From positions 1,118,814 through 1,182,813 of the forward strand of contig OZ242212.1 of the NCBI GenBank assembly GCA_965206355.1: 64,000 nt of DNA, written 5' to 3'. This document shows positions 1 to 9,196 of this stretch, piece by piece (the stretch's first letter is position 1; each line of letters starts with the position of its first letter). Made by a program: the position numbers and the translations under genes. Below the pieces are notes generated by a model. The model ran no database searches. It had not been told where the DNA came from and was given only the letters and a program-made list of their open reading frames with translations. Origin of the DNA: Candidatus Spongiihabitans sp. (lineage in GTDB: Bacteria; Pseudomonadota; Gammaproteobacteria; Arenicellales; Poriferihabitantaceae).

Positions 1-431
1 GCCCCCGCTTTGGTTTTCCATGATGCGCTTATTCTGCTGACCTTAAAACCACGCGACTGGTAAGACGAAGCTATCGTATCCAGATTCTCGGCAGAACCAG
101 CCAGGGTAGGAAGTGCAGAAAAGGAATGTAACGCGTTTTCGGCTTGATTAGCAGGCTCCGCGATCAGAGTAGTTTCAATGTGCACGGAATGACCATTGCC
201 CGACATCTGCAAACCAGACGATAAATTACGGCTGGTGGTGGCATCAAATCCATGATCCGCTCCACGACTAACCTCACGGTCAACAGCGTCATTCGCATCG
301 GCATTCGTTGGTAAGCCGATGAGCGTTGCCATCAGCACCGCTATTGCCATGACGTTGAGCACAAAGAAAGCTGTTGGCGTTACTCCAGTGCTTTTTTTTC
401 TTGCGCTATTTAAGAATGGCGTGAATTTCAT
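1..431 (-). CDS. Secreted hypothetical protein, N-terminal part only (CDS runs off the left edge)
   Basis: A reverse-strand ATG at 429-431 opens a frame that stays open to position 1. The translation begins MKFTPFLNSARKKSTGVTPTAFFVLNVMAIAVLMATLIGLPTNADA, which looks like a signal peptide. No family recognised. Confidence 0.4.
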   Translation of the reverse strand, partial: MKFTPFLNSARKKSTGVTPTAFFVLNVMAIAVLMATLIGLPTNADANDAVDREVSRGADHGFDATTSRNLSSGLQMSGNGHSVHIETTLIAEPANQAENALHSFSALPTLAGSAENLDTIASSYQSRGFKVSRISASWKTKAG

Positions 432-539
432 CTGTCATACTCGAACCATAACCGCAAACCAGAAAACCAGAACGGTCGCTTATGCGATTGTATGAGTTTG
501 TTTGCAATTTTTCCACTTAAATTTGAGATTTGTTAAATC

Positions 540-700
540 GAGACCTTGTGCACGGAAGATGATTTCGCTTTCAGGTAAGGCAAAAACGCACGGAATGAGG
601 GAGTTTATGCTTATAAATGACCGATTGAGTGATTTTAGCAACAGTAGGCGCTTGTAGGCGACGCAGCATGCAGGTGAAATAGCTTTCGTGCAAAGGTCTC
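540..700 (+). mobile_element. MITE copy, long form (161 bp), slightly degenerate
   Basis: Matches the 162-bp consensus. The left TIR is degenerate (gagaccttgtgcacg) and the right TIR is cgtgcaaaggtctc. Flanks are aaatc/aaaac, an imperfect TSD. Lies between two minus-strand genes. Confidence 0.85.
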
Positions 701-740
701 AAAACAGTACCGCTCCCTTTCACCCACATTCGGAAACATC

Positions 741-1868
741 CTATCTTCTTAATTTCCTTGACTTTATTGCTTTATCTCGCGCATCACCGACCCAGTCCAG
801 TCCCGAGCCCTTGCTTTCAACCGAACGCCCCTCTCTATCAACACAATATCGACCAAACACCACCGCTTCCGAGAGCACACCGTGTTTACGCATCAAGGTA
901 TGCTCGAATAACAGACTTCTATGCACTCTAGCACCACCTTCCAGATAACAACCATGAGAAATCCATGTTGGACCTTGAATTTCACATCCGGCCTCAATTC
1001 TTGAATTTGAACCGATATAGACCGGGCCTTCAATAAACACATCATCCCAGTCAACATCCACGTTCAGACCGCTCCATATCCGTGGCATAACTTCAGTCCC
1101 CGGCATATTGATACCGCGAACGACACCACGCATTAATTGTTGGTTAACCTGCCAATAATCGCTCAACCTCCCAATATCAACCCATCTGAAAGGCAACTCA
1201 ATGGCAGCAAAGGACAACCCCTTGACCAGCAAATCCGGCAACAAATCAGCACCGATATCATAGACGACTTCACTCGGGATCAAATCAATAATTTCCGGTT
1301 CAAAAATATAAATACCGGTATTGACCAGTGTCGATTTAGCCTCTTGCACAGTGGGCTTTTCCTGAAACGAAATAATTGCCCCGCTTTCATCCGCAACCAC
1401 CACCCCATAATCGGCGACCCTTGCTTTTGCTACCCGCTTAACGACGATGCTGGCTTTTGCACCAGACTGCCAGTGTTTCCGCATCACATCGGTTAAATTT
1501 AGATCAATAATGGCATCGCCACAGACCACGATAAAGGTATCGTCAAAAAACCCGCCAAATTCCTGAATACGTTTTATCCCTCCAGCCGACCCCAAAGGCT
1601 CACCAAACAATTCCCCGTTTTCGATATGTCCCTCAAAAGAATAGCCGATATTAACCCCCCAACGCCGCCCGTCTCCAAAATAAGTCTCAATCGGTTCAGG
1701 TAAATGGCTGACATTGACCATAACATCATAAAAACCGTGATTCGCCAACTGTTCAATCAGATATTCCATCACTGGTTTACCGAGAATCGGAATCATTGGC
1801 TTGGGCATCTCATAAGTAAGTGGTTGCACGCGCGTCCCTTTCCCCGCTGCCAAAATCATTGCCTTCAT
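741..1868 (-). CDS. NDP-sugar pyrophosphorylase (nucleotidyltransferase with C-terminal left-handed beta-helix)
   Basis: 375-aa ORF. The N-terminus MKAMILAAGKGTRVQPLTYEMPKPMIPILGKP carries the sugar-1-phosphate nucleotidyltransferase signature (GxGTRxxPLT, KP). The C-terminal half resembles hexapeptide repeats. Sugar specificity cannot be determined. Confidence 0.8.
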   Translation of the reverse strand: MKAMILAAGKGTRVQPLTYEMPKPMIPILGKPVMEYLIEQLANHGFYDVMVNVSHLPEPIETYFGDGRRWGVNIGYSFEGHIENGELFGEPLGSAGGIKRIQEFGGFFDDTFIVVCGDAIIDLNLTDVMRKHWQSGAKASIVVKRVAKARVADYGVVVADESGAIISFQEKPTVQEAKSTLVNTGIYIFEPEIIDLIPSEVVYDIGADLLPDLLVKGLSFAAIELPFRWVDIGRLSDYWQVNQQLMRGVVRGINMPGTEVMPRIWSGLNVDVDWDDVFIEGPVYIGSNSRIEAGCEIQGPTWISHGCYLEGGARVHRSLLFEHTLMRKHGVLSEAVVFGRYCVDREGRSVESKGSGLDWVGDARDKAIKSRKLRR

Positions 1869-1973
1869 TATTTTATATTCCGTACTGAAAAATTTTAATT
1901 CCCGCGATGGTAAAGGATTCTGTTTAAGGATTCCATTATCGCGCTCCGATAATAGCGTGCAATATGTTTCTAA

Positions 1974-2130
1974 GAGACCTTTGCACGGAAGATGATTTCG
2001 CTTTCAGGCCAGGCAAAAACGCACGGAATGAGGGAGTTTATGCTTATAAATGACCGATTGAGACCAATTTTACCAACAGTAGGCGCTTTTAGGCGACGTA
2101 GCATGCAGGTGAAATGGCTGCAAAGGTCTC
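1974..2130 (+). mobile_element. MITE copy, long form (157 bp)
   Basis: Consensus match with a 5-bp deletion next to the right TIR (gaaatggctgcaaaggtctc). Flanks tctaa/aaaga do not match, so there is no TSD. Confidence 0.85.
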
Positions 2131-2248
2131 AAAGAGCATATCCAAATGTTGGATATAAACTTGGATGTCCCATATTAGCACCGTCTCCCGTATTAGCACC
2201 GTAATTAGCAAAAAAACAGCCCCTGAACGCAAAGAAATGCGTTAAACT

Positions 2249-2668
2249 ATGGCATCTACCAAACTTAAATACATAATGTCCCCTGAAATTCTTACCATTA
2301 TCGGCATGACTGCCACTATTCTCATCGCCACTTGGACGATGAACCGTAGCTTGCGCTCGGAGTTACAGGCAGAGATAAAAGGTATTCGTAGCGAGTTAAA
2401 GGAGGAAATCCAGGGTTTACGAAGTGAACTGAAGGAAGGAATCCAAGATTTGCGAAGTGAACTGAAGGAAGAAATCCAAGATTTGCGAAGTGAGATGAAA
2501 GTAGCAATCCAAGATTTGCGAAGTGAGATGAAAGAAGAAATCCACGGTCTGCGCGATGCTCAGAACAGCCTCAACGAACGTATGAACGGTCTCAACGAGC
2601 GCATGGCTGGTGTGGAGGGATTGGTTACCGGACTTAAAGAATCTATCGTTATCCGCGCCGTTGCTTAA
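2249..2668 (+). CDS. Membrane-anchored coiled-coil protein with six tandem 11-residue repeats
   Basis: 139-aa ORF with an N-terminal hydrophobic helix (ILTIIGMTATILIATWTM). Next come LRSELKEEIQG-type hendecad repeats and LNERMNGLNERMAG. No strong SD. The repeat periodicity preserves the frame. Confidence 0.6.
   Translation: MASTKLKYIMSPEILTIIGMTATILIATWTMNRSLRSELQAEIKGIRSELKEEIQGLRSELKEGIQDLRSELKEEIQDLRSEMKVAIQDLRSEMKEEIHGLRDAQNSLNERMNGLNERMAGVEGLVTGLKESIVIRAVA
2351..2548 (+). repeat. Six tandem 33-bp (11-codon) repeats inside the coiled-coil CDS
   Basis: Units encode LRSELQAEIKG / IRSELKEEIQG / LRSELKEGIQD / LRSELKEEIQD / LRSEMKVAIQD / LRSEMKEEIHG. Confidence 0.9.
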
Positions 2669-2757
2669 ACAAGCTGTTGCTTAAGCCAAAAGAGTCGCGT
2701 CCAAACAACCGACATCTGCGTTCACACCACCATTAACCCGAAAGCACCTGTTTCATA

Positions 2758-2896
2758 GAGACCTTTGCACGAAAGCCATTTCACCTGCATGCTGCGTTAA
2801 AATCGTACTCAATCGGTCATTTATAAGCATAAACTCCCTCATTCCGTGCGTTTTTGCCTTGCCTGAAAGCGAAATCATCTTCCGTGCAAAGGTCTC
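2758..2896 (-). mobile_element. MITE copy, short form (139 bp), reverse orientation
   Basis: Perfect TIRs. Lacks the 23-bp internal segment of the long form. 5-bp TSD tcata at 2753-2757 and 2897-2901. Confidence 0.92.
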
Positions 2897-3192
2897 TCAT
2901 AACCAGAGGCAAGTGCGGTTTTTTGGAAAAACATTAATTTTTTTTAATAATTATGCGAAAAAAGGGGTAAAAGCGGTTGCAATAATAAAAAATGTAGGTA
3001 TAGTCCGTGCGCAAGTGGTGTGAATGCAGGTTATTCACATTACTGAATTGTCATGCTAGATGGTGGTTTGATGCCGTTTGGGTTGCAGTTCTTAATTTAG
3101 TTTTTTTAACTCGATCTTTTTTTTAACTTGATCTATGGAACATCTTCCGTAATGGAATGTTCTTTAATCACAATCTATTACAGAGAAATAAA

Positions 3193-4260
3193 ATGAAAAA
3201 ATCATTCATAAAATCGCTCACAAAATCGCTCATGGCAGTCGGCATGGTCGGTTTACTTGGGCTTACCTCGGTGGCAATCGCTGCTGAAGTTGATTGGTAC
3301 GGTAGTATCCGAGCAGGTATTACGAAGGAGGACGCTGATGATTCTAACAATCTTGGCGCAACGGGTCATGACGGTACGGCTGATCTTTTCACCCGTATCG
3401 GTGTCAGAGGTGCTACCGACCTGGGCAGTGGTCAAACTGCTGGCGGAAACGTTGAAATTAACGTCACAAACGAACTGAGTGTACGCCTCAGCAATCTCTG
3501 GCTTGCTGGCGAATGGGGCAAACTGACTTTAGGTCAGCAAGATAACCCATACCGCGCTTCTGCCAACTGGGATCAAGCCTGGATTGTAGGTGGACAAGTC
3601 AGACATAATGATGGCGGTAGTCGTATTGAAGGTCTGAAATACTCCAGTAACGTTGCCGGCCCTTTCAGTTTTGATGTTATGGTTACTGGCGATCAGAGTA
3701 ACGACGAAAGCATAGATCGTCTAATCGCAAACGCTCATTATGACTTTGGTTTAGCGACTGTTAATGTGGGTTATAACGCGAATAATTTGCCCCCGGTTGT
3801 GGCAGTTACTGAAGTACTGGGTACTGCAACTCACACTCTACTTGGTGGTGGTTCAGGTACACGGACAGTGACTATAACTGAGGCGGTGAAAGCTGTGCCG
3901 AGCTACAACAGCGTAGTCATCAGCGTCAATGGTTCGAATGCTGGATTAGATTGGTATCTTGCTCACGAGACAAGCAGTGGCAATGCTGGTGATGACGCTA
4001 CTGCCAACCCCGCTGCTGCGGATACCAGTATAACTGGTTTATTCTTGTCCTACGGTTTCAGTGCTGCGGACAAGGTGTATCTTGAGTACGAAGCAGCTGA
4101 TACTAACGATGTTGATGATGATATAAAATCTACTCTGCTTGGTTATTCCCGTAACTTCGGCGAAGGTATTACATTCCTCGCCGAGCATGTGACCGTTGAT
4201 CCAGCGGGTTCTAGTGAGACAGATAAAACCCTGGTTCTGGCTCTCAAATACGATTTCTAA
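3193..4260 (+). CDS. Outer-membrane porin (Gram-negative general porin-like)
   Basis: ATG at 3193 gives MKKSFIKSLTKSLMAVGMVGLLGLTSVAIA|AEVDWYG, a signal peptide with an AxA cleavage site. Composition is Gly/Asn/Asp-rich with alternating beta-strand character. The C-terminus is ...LALKYDF with the terminal Phe typical of OMPs. The ORF track starts at 3157, and I prefer the internal Met. Confidence 0.8.
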   Translation: MKKSFIKSLTKSLMAVGMVGLLGLTSVAIAAEVDWYGSIRAGITKEDADDSNNLGATGHDGTADLFTRIGVRGATDLGSGQTAGGNVEINVTNELSVRLSNLWLAGEWGKLTLGQQDNPYRASANWDQAWIVGGQVRHNDGGSRIEGLKYSSNVAGPFSFDVMVTGDQSNDESIDRLIANAHYDFGLATVNVGYNANNLPPVVAVTEVLGTATHTLLGGGSGTRTVTITEAVKAVPSYNSVVISVNGSNAGLDWYLAHETSSGNAGDDATANPAAADTSITGLFLSYGFSAADKVYLEYEAADTNDVDDDIKSTLLGYSRNFGEGITFLAEHVTVDPAGSSETDKTLVLALKYDF

Positions 4261-4286
4261 TGTTTTTTTGATTCGTTACAAAGTGA

Positions 4287-4314
4287 GGGCGTTCTTCGGA
4301 ACGCCCTTTTTTTT
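4287..4314 (+). terminator. Rho-independent terminator of the porin gene
   Basis: gggcgttc-ttcg-gaacgccc stem-loop followed by eight T residues, 27 nt after the stop codon. Confidence 0.85.
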
Positions 4315-4446
4315 GCTCCTCTCTCCAGCCCTTCCCACAAGGTTGACAGACCATAGTGTTTTTAAGGTTAGGAGACCTTTGCAGGATGGAGACCCATCCA
4401 ATTTAGCTTACTCAACCCAATCGGCCAATCGGTGTCATCGCGGTTG

Positions 4447-5160
4447 CTAAAGCGTAAGCAACTGCCATTCCTTGTTGATGAAACCAAATGTCGGTCTGAA
4501 GCGGGTTTTATAGCTCATTTTTTTGCAATCTTCGATCCAGTAGCCGAGGTATAACCAGTCTAATTGCATGTTACGAACATACTCAATCTGTTTCATAATG
4601 GCGAATGTTCCCAGACTGCGTTTTGATAAATCGGGATCGAAAAAAGTATAAACCGCCGACATACCATCATCCGGCAAGTCACAGACAGACAGCCCAATTA
4701 GCTTTCCCGCCAGCCGATATTCCAGAAATACCGTTTCAACGACCGATTTGATCATAAACTCCTTGTAGCGATCTGGGTCGTCGTGATCCATAATATCACC
4801 AGTGTGTCGCCACGACTGATAACGACAATATAAGTCAAAATGTTCTTGTTGAAAATGGGCGGGTATCATGCTGCTGTGGACATCCTGATTTTTTTTGTAG
4901 CACCGACTTTGCGCGCGATTAGCCACATACTCACTGACTGGAATCCTCACCGATACACAGGCAGTGCAGTTTCGACAATGGGGTCTGTAAATGATTGCTC
5001 CGCTACGGCGAAACCCCGACTTTAACAACAGGCTAAATAGCGCGTTATCAACTTTGTGATGTGTGTCCAGCAGAACTGTGGTCGCTGTCTGAGGTTTAAT
5101 GTATGGACAGGCGTGCGGGGCAGAAACATAAAGTTTCGGCGGGTTTGATTGAATGCTCAT
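4447..5160 (-). CDS. bpt: Arginyl/aspartyl-glutamyl tRNA-protein transferase (bacterial Bpt, ATE family)
   Basis: 237 aa. SAPHACPYIKPQTATTVLLD...GFRRSGAIIYRPHCRNCTACVSVRIPVSEY matches the conserved Bpt/ATE N-terminal Cys-rich region. Sits adjacent to aat, as in many proteobacteria. Confidence 0.85.
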   Translation of the reverse strand: MSIQSNPPKLYVSAPHACPYIKPQTATTVLLDTHHKVDNALFSLLLKSGFRRSGAIIYRPHCRNCTACVSVRIPVSEYVANRAQSRCYKKNQDVHSSMIPAHFQQEHFDLYCRYQSWRHTGDIMDHDDPDRYKEFMIKSVVETVFLEYRLAGKLIGLSVCDLPDDGMSAVYTFFDPDLSKRSLGTFAIMKQIEYVRNMQLDWLYLGYWIEDCKKMSYKTRFRPTFGFINKEWQLLTL

Positions 5161-5185
5161 CGCTGTTTATCCCATCGCATTTACT

Positions 5186-5347
5186 GAGACCTTTGCACGA
5201 AAGCCATTTCACCTGCATGCTGCGTCGCCTAAAAGCGCCTACTGTTGGTAAAATCGTACTCAATCGGTCATTTATAAGCATAAACTCCCTCATTCCGTGC
5301 GTTTTTGCCTTGCCTAAAAGCGAAATCATCTTCCGTGCAAAGGTCTC
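5186..5347 (-). mobile_element. MITE copy, long form (162 bp), reverse orientation, inside the aat-bpt operon
   Basis: Perfect TIRs. TSD ttact at 5181-5185 and 5348-5352. The right-hand TSD copy contains the aat stop codon (tta at 5348-5350 on the + strand). Confidence 0.95.
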
Positions 5348-6070
5348 TTACTGTTTTTCCCCTGATTGCCGATAACACGATGCTAACGGCATGTTTTTCC
5401 AGTTTCCGGGTTTGCCGGGTTGCATCAACGCATATTCCAACCGCTCAAGGAATTCTGTGCGTGCCATTTCTACGGCACCCAGACGCAATAAATGCGGGGA
5501 TGTTATTTGGCAATCAATAAGCTGAAAATTCCATAGGGTTAAATGGGAAATTAAAAAATTCAATGCCGCTTTCGAGGCATCGCTAACTTGACTAAACATA
5601 CTCTCACCAAAAAATATGCCGCCCAAAGCAATGCCGTATAAACCGCCAACCAATTCGTCACTTATGCGGGTTTCTACGGAATGCGCATAGCCAGATTGAT
5701 GCAGACGTATATAAGCATCACGCATATCTTTGCTAAGCCATGTGTCAGAATCCGAATTCTTGGTACGCGGTGCGGCGCAGTGATTGATGACCGCTGCAAA
5801 GGCATCATCAAAAGAAAAAACAAAGTGCTGTTTTTTAATTGTTTTTTTCAGGCTTCGCTGTGCTTTATACTGGTCGGGCAATAATACGCATCTGGGGTCG
5901 GGAGACCACCACAGGATGGGCTCGCCAGCATTATACCAGGGGAAGATTCCTTTTCGATAAGCCGCCAGCAGACGTTTCACACTTAAATCACCGCCAATAG
6001 CCAACAACCCCTGTTCTGAAGCGTATCTAACATCGGGAAAATCTTCTGTGCTATTCATCATCAAATTCAT
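5348..6070 (-). CDS. aat: Leucyl/phenylalanyl-tRNA-protein transferase
   Basis: 240 aa. GLLAIGGDLSVKRLLAAYRKGIFPWYNAGEPILWWSPDPRCVL aligns closely with the E. coli Aat N-terminal region. Confidence 0.92.
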   Translation of the reverse strand: MNLMMNSTEDFPDVRYASEQGLLAIGGDLSVKRLLAAYRKGIFPWYNAGEPILWWSPDPRCVLLPDQYKAQRSLKKTIKKQHFVFSFDDAFAAVINHCAAPRTKNSDSDTWLSKDMRDAYIRLHQSGYAHSVETRISDELVGGLYGIALGGIFFGESMFSQVSDASKAALNFLISHLTLWNFQLIDCQITSPHLLRLGAVEMARTEFLERLEYALMQPGKPGNWKNMPLASCYRQSGEKQ

Positions 6071-6078
6071 TACTCAAT

Positions 6079-6235
6079 GAGACCTTTGCAGCCATTTCAC
6101 CTGCATGCTGCGTCGCCTAAAAGCACCTACTGTTGGTAAAAATGGTCTCAATCGGTCATTTATAAGCATCAACTCCCTCATTCCGTGCGTTTTTGCCTGG
6201 CCTGAAAGCGAAATCATCTTCCGTGCAAAGGTCTC
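6079..6235 (-). mobile_element. MITE copy, long form (157 bp), reverse orientation
   Basis: 5-bp deletion beside one TIR (tttgcagccattt). TSD tcaat at 6074-6078 and 6236-6240. Begins 8 nt upstream of the aat start codon, in the aat/tsaD divergent region. Confidence 0.92.
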
Positions 6236-6316
6236 TCAATTTCACTGCACTTGTTGTGGCCACAATCAGGTCGTTTAGTCTGGCACTATACTATCTAGCC
6301 GTTGTAAAATCCATTG

Positions 6317-7327
6317 ATGAGAATTTTAGGCATTGAAACTTCATGCGATGATACTGGCGTGGCCATTTATGACAGCTATCAGGGCTTAATTGTACACAGA
6401 CTGGCATCCCAGATTGACTTGCATCAACAATACGGTGGCGTTGTTCCGGAACTGGCGGCGCGCGATCATATTCGGACGTTGTTGCCACTGATTGACAGCG
6501 TGGTTAATGATCGCTTGAATGATGCAAAAAAACCAGATGCGGTCGCTTATACCGCTGGACCGGGTTTGGCTGGTGCGCTACTTGTGGGGGCTTCGTTGGG
6601 TAAAAGTTTGGCTCAATCCTGGCAGGTTCCCGCCATCGGTATACATCATCTGGAAGGGCATTTGCTGGCACCCATGCTGGAAGATAATCCCCCACAATTT
6701 CCATTTTTAGCACTGTTAGTTTCCGGCGGACACACCCTTTTGGTGGATGTTGAATCAGCCGGCAACTACAACATCCTCGGACAGTCGCTGGATGATGCTG
6801 CTGGTGAGGCGTTTGATAAAACGGCCAAACTGCTGGGCTTGGGCTATCCTGGAGGAGCGGCTATCGCAAAGATCGCTGTTAATGGCAATCCTGATCGATT
6901 TACTTTTCCGCAACCCATGTGCAATCGCCCCGGTCTGGATTTCAGTTTCAGCGGATTAAAAACACATACCCTGACCACCGTGCAGAAGCAGCCGTCCGAT
7001 CAGCAAACTATTGCGGATATTGCTTTAGCCTTTGAGCTGGCTGTCGTCGGAGTACTCAAGATTAAGTGTTGCCGAGCGTTATTGCAAAGCCAGCGGAAAC
7101 GATTGGTGGTGGCGGGTGGCGTTGGCGCAAACCAGCGTCTGCGTTCAACATTACATGCGTTGGCAGAGCAGAAAGGGTTTGAATTATTCTATCCGCGCCC
7201 TGAGTTTTGCACCGATAACGGCGCCATGATTGCCTATGCTGGACACTTTCGCTTAGCAAGCGAGCAACCTGTTGTCAACGACTATGCGTTTGACGTGCAT
7301 CCGCGCTGGAGTCTGGAAGACATTTAG
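6317..7327 (+). CDS. tsaD: tRNA N6-adenosine threonylcarbamoyltransferase
   Basis: [19 protein letters not shown]..., [10 protein letters not shown] and GGVGAN motifs typical of TsaD/Kae1. ATG at 6317 is preferred over the TTG at 6314. Confidence 0.95.
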   Translation: MRILGIETSCDDTGVAIYDSYQGLIVHRLASQIDLHQQYGGVVPELAARDHIRTLLPLIDSVVNDRLNDAKKPDAVAYTAGPGLAGALLVGASLGKSLAQSWQVPAIGIHHLEGHLLAPMLEDNPPQFPFLALLVSGGHTLLVDVESAGNYNILGQSLDDAAGEAFDKTAKLLGLGYPGGAAIAKIAVNGNPDRFTFPQPMCNRPGLDFSFSGLKTHTLTTVQKQPSDQQTIADIALAFELAVVGVLKIKCCRALLQSQRKRLVVAGGVGANQRLRSTLHALAEQKGFELFYPRPEFCTDNGAMIAYAGHFRLASEQPVVNDYAFDVHPRWSLEDI

Positions 7328-7345
7328 CGGTCATAATGTGACTCA

Positions 7346-7657
7346 AAGACCTTTGCACGAGCCGGAATTTTATTTGTTAGTGAGACCTTTGCACGGAAGA
7401 TGATTTCGCTTTCAGGCCAGGCAAAAACGCACGGAATGAGGGAGTTTATGCTTATAAATGACCGATTGAGACCAATTTTACCAACAGTAGGCGCTTTTAG
7501 GCGACGCAGCATGCAGGTGAAATGGCTTTCGTGCAAAGGTCTCTTAGTAAAGAAAAAGCGCATGAAATGAGGGAGTTTATGCTTATAAATGACCGATTGA
7601 GACCAATTTTACCAACAGTAGGTGCTTTTAGGCGACGCAGTATGCAGGTGAAATGGC
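7346..7657 (+). mobile_element. Older, diverged MITE copy split by a nested younger copy and truncated at its right end
   Basis: Left arm 7346-7381 begins aagacctttgcacga. Right arm 7544-7657 matches consensus positions from about 43 to about 150 (aaaaagcgcatgaaatgagggagtttatgc...gcaggtgaaatggc). The right TIR is missing, and the element ends against the plsY stop codon (7659). Confidence 0.75.
7382..7543 (+). mobile_element. MITE copy, long form (162 bp), nested inside the older copy
   Basis: Perfect TIRs. TSD ttagt at 7377-7381 and 7544-7548. Both flanks are themselves MITE-derived sequence. Confidence 0.95.
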
Positions 7658-7658
7658 C

Positions 7659-8255
7659 TCACCTGGTGATTTTACTTTCCTCTCCGGATAACAGTCGTGC
7701 AATGTTTTGCTTATGACGCCAAAACAAGCAGATGGCAATAACCAGAGTGAGTAGAAAAAAGGGCAGACCGGGCAACAGCCATAACACCAAAAAGGGAGCC
7801 GCTGCCGCTGCGCTGAGCGCCGCCAGTGATGAATAGCGAAACAAGGCCACCATACCCAACCAAATCGCCAACAATATCAAGCTGAGTGATCCGCTCAACC
7901 CCATAAAGACACCGCTGGCAGTGGCAACTCCTTTTCCACCCTTGAAGCTAAAAAAAAGCGGATACAAATGCCCGAGAAATGCCGCCGCACCGACCAGCGC
8001 AATAATTGTCGCATTATTGCTCAACATCTTTGCGATGAGCATGGGCAACAAGCCTTTGAGAACATCGCCTATTAAGGTGATCAGCGCAGCTTTTTTACCG
8101 CCAATACGCAGGACATTGGTTGCGCCCGGATTATTTGAGCCACTGTTGCGCGGATCGGGCAGGCGCATGATACGACAGACGAGAATCGCGCTGGAGATTG
8201 AACCAAAACAATAGGCAAATATCGGCAGGAGTCCGGATAGCATGGAATTTAACAT
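7659..8255 (-). CDS. plsY: Glycerol-3-phosphate acyltransferase PlsY
   Basis: 198 aa, polytopic membrane protein. SGSNNPGATNVLRIGGKK and the FKGGKGVAT motif are typical of PlsY. Confidence 0.93.
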   Translation of the reverse strand: MLNSMLSGLLPIFAYCFGSISSAILVCRIMRLPDPRNSGSNNPGATNVLRIGGKKAALITLIGDVLKGLLPMLIAKMLSNNATIIALVGAAAFLGHLYPLFFSFKGGKGVATASGVFMGLSGSLSLILLAIWLGMVALFRYSSLAALSAAAAAPFLVLWLLPGLPFFLLTLVIAICLFWRHKQNIARLLSGEESKITR

Positions 8256-8323
8256 TGGATGTTGATCTGAATTTGAATTACATTTGCTGTATTATAATCA
8301 GCCTTAGCATAAAAGAATTAACG

Positions 8324-8680
8324 ATGGATATTATTTATCTGCACGGACTAAAAGTCGATTGCGTTATTGGCGTTTGGAAATGGGAAAGAGAAATTACCCA
8401 GGTTATTACTATTGATCTTGATATGGGCTTCGATATTTCTGTTGCGGCAAACAGCGATGATTTGCATGACACATTAAGTTATAAGCAGGTCGCTAAGCGC
8501 GTGCAATCTTTTGCCCAGAAATCCACATTTGCTCTGGTAGAAAAACTGACAGAGGAAATCGCCACCATTCTACTCACCGAATTTCCGATTAAGTGGTGTC
8601 GGGTAAAAGTCAATAAATTCGGTGCCGTTCGGGCAGCAGGGGATGTTGGAGTGATTATAGAAAGAGGCAAAATGGGGTGA
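8324..8680 (+). CDS. folB: Dihydroneopterin aldolase
   Basis: From the internal ATG at 8324: MDIIYLHGLKVDCVIGVWKWEREITQ...LSYKQVAKRV...FALVEKLTEEIA...GAVRAAGDVGVIIERG aligns along the length of E. coli FolB. The ORF-track start at 8198 would overlap plsY. Confidence 0.9.
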   Translation: MDIIYLHGLKVDCVIGVWKWEREITQVITIDLDMGFDISVAANSDDLHDTLSYKQVAKRVQSFAQKSTFALVEKLTEEIATILLTEFPIKWCRVKVNKFGAVRAAGDVGVIIERGKMG

Positions 8681-9162
8681 TTCGTACTGTCTTGAGTCTG
8701 GGCAGCAATATCAACCGTGAAAAAAATATTCGCTTTGCGGTTAAGCAAATTAACAATCTGTACGGCGACATTGAGATTTCACCCGTCTATGAAACCGCCT
8801 CAATAGGATTTACCGGAGCGGCATTTTTTAATTTAGTGATTAGCTTTAAGACATCAACCCCGTTGATTGATATAAGAGATCAATTACGGGATATTGAAGC
8901 GACAGCAGGACGTATTCGTGCTAAAAAGTCATTCGATAATCGACTCCTGGATATTGACATTATCCTGTTCGGCAATAAAAGTTTGCGTGCTGACGACTTT
9001 AATATCCCCAGGGATGAGATTGAGAAATACGCTTATGTTTTGAAACCATTATCAGACTTATACCCGACGCTAACACACCCGATAAGTGGTGTCAGCTTCA
9101 AACAAATGTGGTTGGATTTTGATAATACGCAAGTGCTTAAAGTAGCGAACTTTTCGTTGTAA
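8677..9162 (+). CDS. folK: 2-amino-4-hydroxy-6-hydroxymethyldihydropteridine diphosphokinase
   Basis: 161 aa. The GTG start overlaps the folB stop (GTGA). SLGSNINRE...ISPVYETASIGF...LDIDIILFG are HPPK signatures. Confidence 0.9.
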   Translation: MIRTVLSLGSNINREKNIRFAVKQINNLYGDIEISPVYETASIGFTGAAFFNLVISFKTSTPLIDIRDQLRDIEATAGRIRAKKSFDNRLLDIDIILFGNKSLRADDFNIPRDEIEKYAYVLKPLSDLYPTLTHPISGVSFKQMWLDFDNTQVLKVANFSL

Positions 9163-9196
9163 AAGAAAAGCCGTTGAGGACACTGTCAATAATTTT

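Noticed and set aside
1992-2204. Family of similar 60-95-aa ORFs (MISLSGQAKTHGMREFMLINDRL... and the reverse MLRRLKAPTVGK...). Examples are at 1992-2204, 5096-5329, 7324-7563, 9197-9415, 9402-9689, 23060-23341, 30773-31012, 57096-57306 and 59879-60224.
   Set aside because: All are read-throughs of MITE copies into unrelated flanking DNA. The frames start and end at different places in each copy, both strands appear to be open, and the short form deletes 23 bp (not a multiple of 3). There is no evidence of a conserved coding unit.
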